This document shows positions 61,972 through 64,000 of a stretch of DNA of 64,000 nt, piece after piece. Both the position numbers and the translations under genes were made by a program. The stretch lies in the NCBI RefSeq assembly GCF_054482525.1, contig NZ_CM137006.1; one strand, given 5' to 3'. Every line of letters starts with the position of its first letter. Position 1 is the first letter of the stretch. The notes under the pieces are model-generated. The model was not told the DNA's origin. It saw only the letters and a program-made list of their open reading frames with translations, and did no database searches.

Positions 61972-62247
61972 ATGAATAGACAGCTTGTAAGCGTGACTGA
62001 TGCCGTGCCTTATCAGGAGTTTGCAAAACTCATTGGTAAAACTCCAAGAGCTGTAAGAGGCATGATTGAGAAAGGGAAATTACCAGTTATTGAGATTACT
62101 GACCCTCAGTCAGTATCGGGGCGTGCTGGTGAATATTGGGTATACCTTCCGGCATGGAATAACGGACTAAAACTGGCTTATGAAAGCCGTCCTAAAGAAA
62201 TTCGTGACGGCTGGTTGATGTGGTTAGGTCTCGGTGAACCACGTTAA
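61972..62247 (+). CDS. cox: P2 Cox (excisionase / repressor of Pc)
   Basis: 91 aa, ...LPVIEITDPQSVSGRAGEYWVYLPAWNNGLKLAYESRPKEIRDGWLMWLGLGEPR. Confidence 0.85.
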   Translation: MNRQLVSVTDAVPYQEFAKLIGKTPRAVRGMIEKGKLPVIEITDPQSVSGRAGEYWVYLPAWNNGLKLAYESRPKEIRDGWLMWLGLGEPR

Positions 62248-62257
62248 GGAGAACCGT

Positions 62258-62428
62258 ATGAATGAGCCTCGTTGTATTGCTCAGTTATTGCGTAACGAAA
62301 GCCCTAGGGCGATTGACTTCACCATCACCCACGGTAAGGGGCGTAAGGGAATCATTATCCGCACCAAAAAACAGAGTCCGTTAAAAAAGGCTCTGACCTT
62401 TCTGAAAAGCCGGAGGGTCTGGAAATGA
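62258..62428 (+). CDS. P2 orf78-like small protein
   Basis: 56 aa. RBS aaggag. Position supports the call. Confidence 0.55.
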   Translation: MNEPRCIAQLLRNESPRAIDFTITHGKGRKGIIIRTKKQSPLKKALTFLKSRRVWK

Positions 62429-62925
62429 CAGTGATGACGCTCAATCTCGTTGAAAAACAGCCAGCAGCTATGCGCCGGATAATTGGTAAGCATCTGGCCG
62501 TCCCTCGCTGGCAGGAGACATGCGATTATTATAATCAGATGATGGAACGCGAACGGCTAACGGTTTGCTTCCATGCGCAGTTAAAACAGCGTCACGCAAC
62601 GATGCGTTTTGAAGAAATGAACGACGTCGAACGTGAACGGCTGGTTTGTGCAATTGATGAACTGCGTGGGGCATTCTCAAAACGCCGTCAGGTCGGTGCA
62701 AGTGAGTATGCATATATTAGCTTTTTAACTGTCAGTCAGCGCCGTACTTTATTTATGCATGCCGGATTGACTGAAAAAGAATTCAACCAGCCATACTGGC
62801 GAATTAATGAAGAATCATGTTACTGGCGTGATGCCTTATTCCGTGCATTACGTGAATTATTCAGCCTGTTTGAGTATGCACCGACAATTCTGACGTCGGT
62901 AAAACCAGAGCAATATCTGCATTAA
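62425..62925 (+). CDS. B: P2 B (replication, helicase-loader-like)
   Basis: 166 aa, MTVMTLNLVEKQPAAMRRIIGKHL... Confidence 0.85.
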   Translation: MTVMTLNLVEKQPAAMRRIIGKHLAVPRWQETCDYYNQMMERERLTVCFHAQLKQRHATMRFEEMNDVERERLVCAIDELRGAFSKRRQVGASEYAYISFLTVSQRRTLFMHAGLTEKEFNQPYWRINEESCYWRDALFRALRELFSLFEYAPTILTSVKPEQYLH

Positions 62926-62988
62926 GTAATTAACCAGAGTTTTTAACGCACTTAATTGTGCGGGGCTTCTTTTTGCCTGGAGAAAGTC

Positions 62989-63213
62989 ATGCATACAGTT
63001 TCTGAAAATCAGTGCGGTAAATACGCATTACTGCTGCAACAGGCCAGAACCGAAGCACAGGCCGACGCAGCGACGCGCTTTTCTTCTCATCTTGACGCCA
63101 TGATTCGCCACATCACAAAGGCGGAGTTATCCCGCGTAGAGATAGTCGAGCTGCTCAGTCAGGAGTCGGAAAAATTTCACAATATCGGATTGTCTCGCGG
63201 GGAGGTGCTTTGA
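62989..63213 (+). CDS. P2 orf80-like
   Basis: 74 aa from [11 protein letters not shown] ggaga. Confidence 0.5.
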   Translation: MHTVSENQCGKYALLLQQARTEAQADAATRFSSHLDAMIRHITKAELSRVEIVELLSQESEKFHNIGLSRGEVL

Positions 63214-63512
63214 TGTCCTGTTCTCATTCAGTTGTATTACTGAATAACGCCTTAAAAATCGCCGTTATGAAAAATGGCGATTTGTCTCTTATTCAACTTT
63301 GTCTTGATAAAGAAAAACGCGACATCACTGAATCTGTTATCGCGATTTATCAGAATGAATTAAACCTCCTGTCTGATGTGGTCAATTTACTTGTTAAACG
63401 CGCTGTATTCCACAAGCAAATTTCCTCAGTGGATGAACTGACAAAATTAACGACAGAACTTGCCAGTTATTGCGCTGATGTATCCAGGAAACTTAACGAT
63501 AAAAGGAGCTGA
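63210..63512 (+). CDS. P2 orf81-like
   Basis: 100 aa. Overlaps its neighbour by 4 nt. Confidence 0.55.
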   Translation: MMSCSHSVVLLNNALKIAVMKNGDLSLIQLCLDKEKRDITESVIAIYQNELNLLSDVVNLLVKRAVFHKQISSVDELTKLTTELASYCADVSRKLNDKRS

Positions 63513-63514
63513 TA

Positions 63515-63739
63515 ATGCCGGATAACGTAGATTTTATTCAGGAACAACAGGCTGAATTACTGGAGCGCCAGATTAACGCGGCAAGGGTAAAACATTGCGG
63601 TGCTTCTGCGCTGGTTTGCGAAGAGTGTGACGCGCCAATACCTGCTGCCCGTCGTGCGGCTTATCCGTCAGCCACGCGTTGTGTTTCCTGTCAGTCAGTC
63701 TTTGAAGCAAAAAACAAACATTACCGGAGAACGGCATGA
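63515..63739 (+). CDS. P2 orf82-like, DksA/TraR C4 zinc-finger protein
   Basis: 74 aa. CxxC...CxxC (CEECDAPIPAARRAAYPSATRCVSC). Confidence 0.6.
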   Translation: MPDNVDFIQEQQAELLERQINAARVKHCGASALVCEECDAPIPAARRAAYPSATRCVSCQSVFEAKNKHYRRTA

Positions 63740-64000
63740 GTATTCGTATTGAAATTGGCGAACGTTATGTCGTTACCAGTGACAGCTTTCAGTTTATTCT
63801 CCACGAGAAAAAGAGAGCGGAAAGCGGTAAAAACGCCGGTCAGGAATGGCTGTCGGTGGTTGGTTATTACCCGAAATTAAGCCAGCTCGTTTCCGGCCTG
63901 ATGCATCACGATATTCTGACCGGAAGCGCAAAGTCTTTTGCTGATTTAAACGTGCAGGTTGAGCAACTCAGCAAGCGTTGTTCAGAGGCTTTTGGCTCAT
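63736..64000 (+). CDS. P2 orf83-like, 3' end outside window
   Basis: MSIRIEIGERYVVTSDSFQFILHEK... The frame is open to the window end. Confidence 0.5.
   Translation, partial: MSIRIEIGERYVVTSDSFQFILHEKKRAESGKNAGQEWLSVVGYYPKLSQLVSGLMHHDILTGSAKSFADLNVQVEQLSKRCSEAFGS

Larger units (their letters stand above)
60316..64000. mobile_element. P2-like prophage, left arm (int–C–cox–orf78–B–orf80–orf83...), continuing beyond the window
   Basis: Gene order and protein sequences match the phage P2 early region. The att core and Int arm-type repeats are present. Confidence 0.85.

Overview
This window reads as an Escherichia coli chromosomal segment covering the bglX–osmF/yehZYXW–mlrA–btsSR(yehUT)–yehSRQPML–yehI–molR–metG–apbC–yehEDCBA–rcnBAR–thiMD–yegXWVUT–fbaB–gatYZABCDR–yegSR region, in reverse orientation relative to the K-12 map. 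Gene identities rest on recalled protein sequences and gene order, since no database search could be run. Most of the window is ordinary, well-known core genome. Three accessory insertions stand out.

- A tandemly duplicated type I toxin–antitoxin module of about 0.5 kb per unit lies between yehL and yehK. Its 29-aa hydrophobic peptide matches my recollection of ZorO/ZorP from EHEC.
- An island of about 7.9 kb (36143..44114) is inserted into the 5' leader of thiM, inside the TPP riboswitch, and is bounded by an 82-bp perfect direct repeat. It carries a tyrosine integrase, a McrA-like HNH nuclease, a small secreted protein, an XRE regulator, a small serine recombinase with a candidate res site, a 1.85-kb non-coding stretch containing five 22/23-bp iterons plus an AT-rich tract, and a cop/rep-like small-gene operon. 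This integrative, plasmid-like or satellite-like element is the best candidate for an undescribed system in the window.
- The left end of a P2-like prophage (int, C, cox, orf78, B, orf80–83) begins at a P2 att core next to yegR.

Other points worth noting: the yehLMPQ module (MoxR-type AAA ATPase, large protein, VWA and SWIM zinc-finger proteins) is conserved but functionally obscure; yehI and an apparently intact molR are tandem paralogs of about 1200 aa; gatR appears intact; RcnR operator repeats and several intrinsic terminators are visible.
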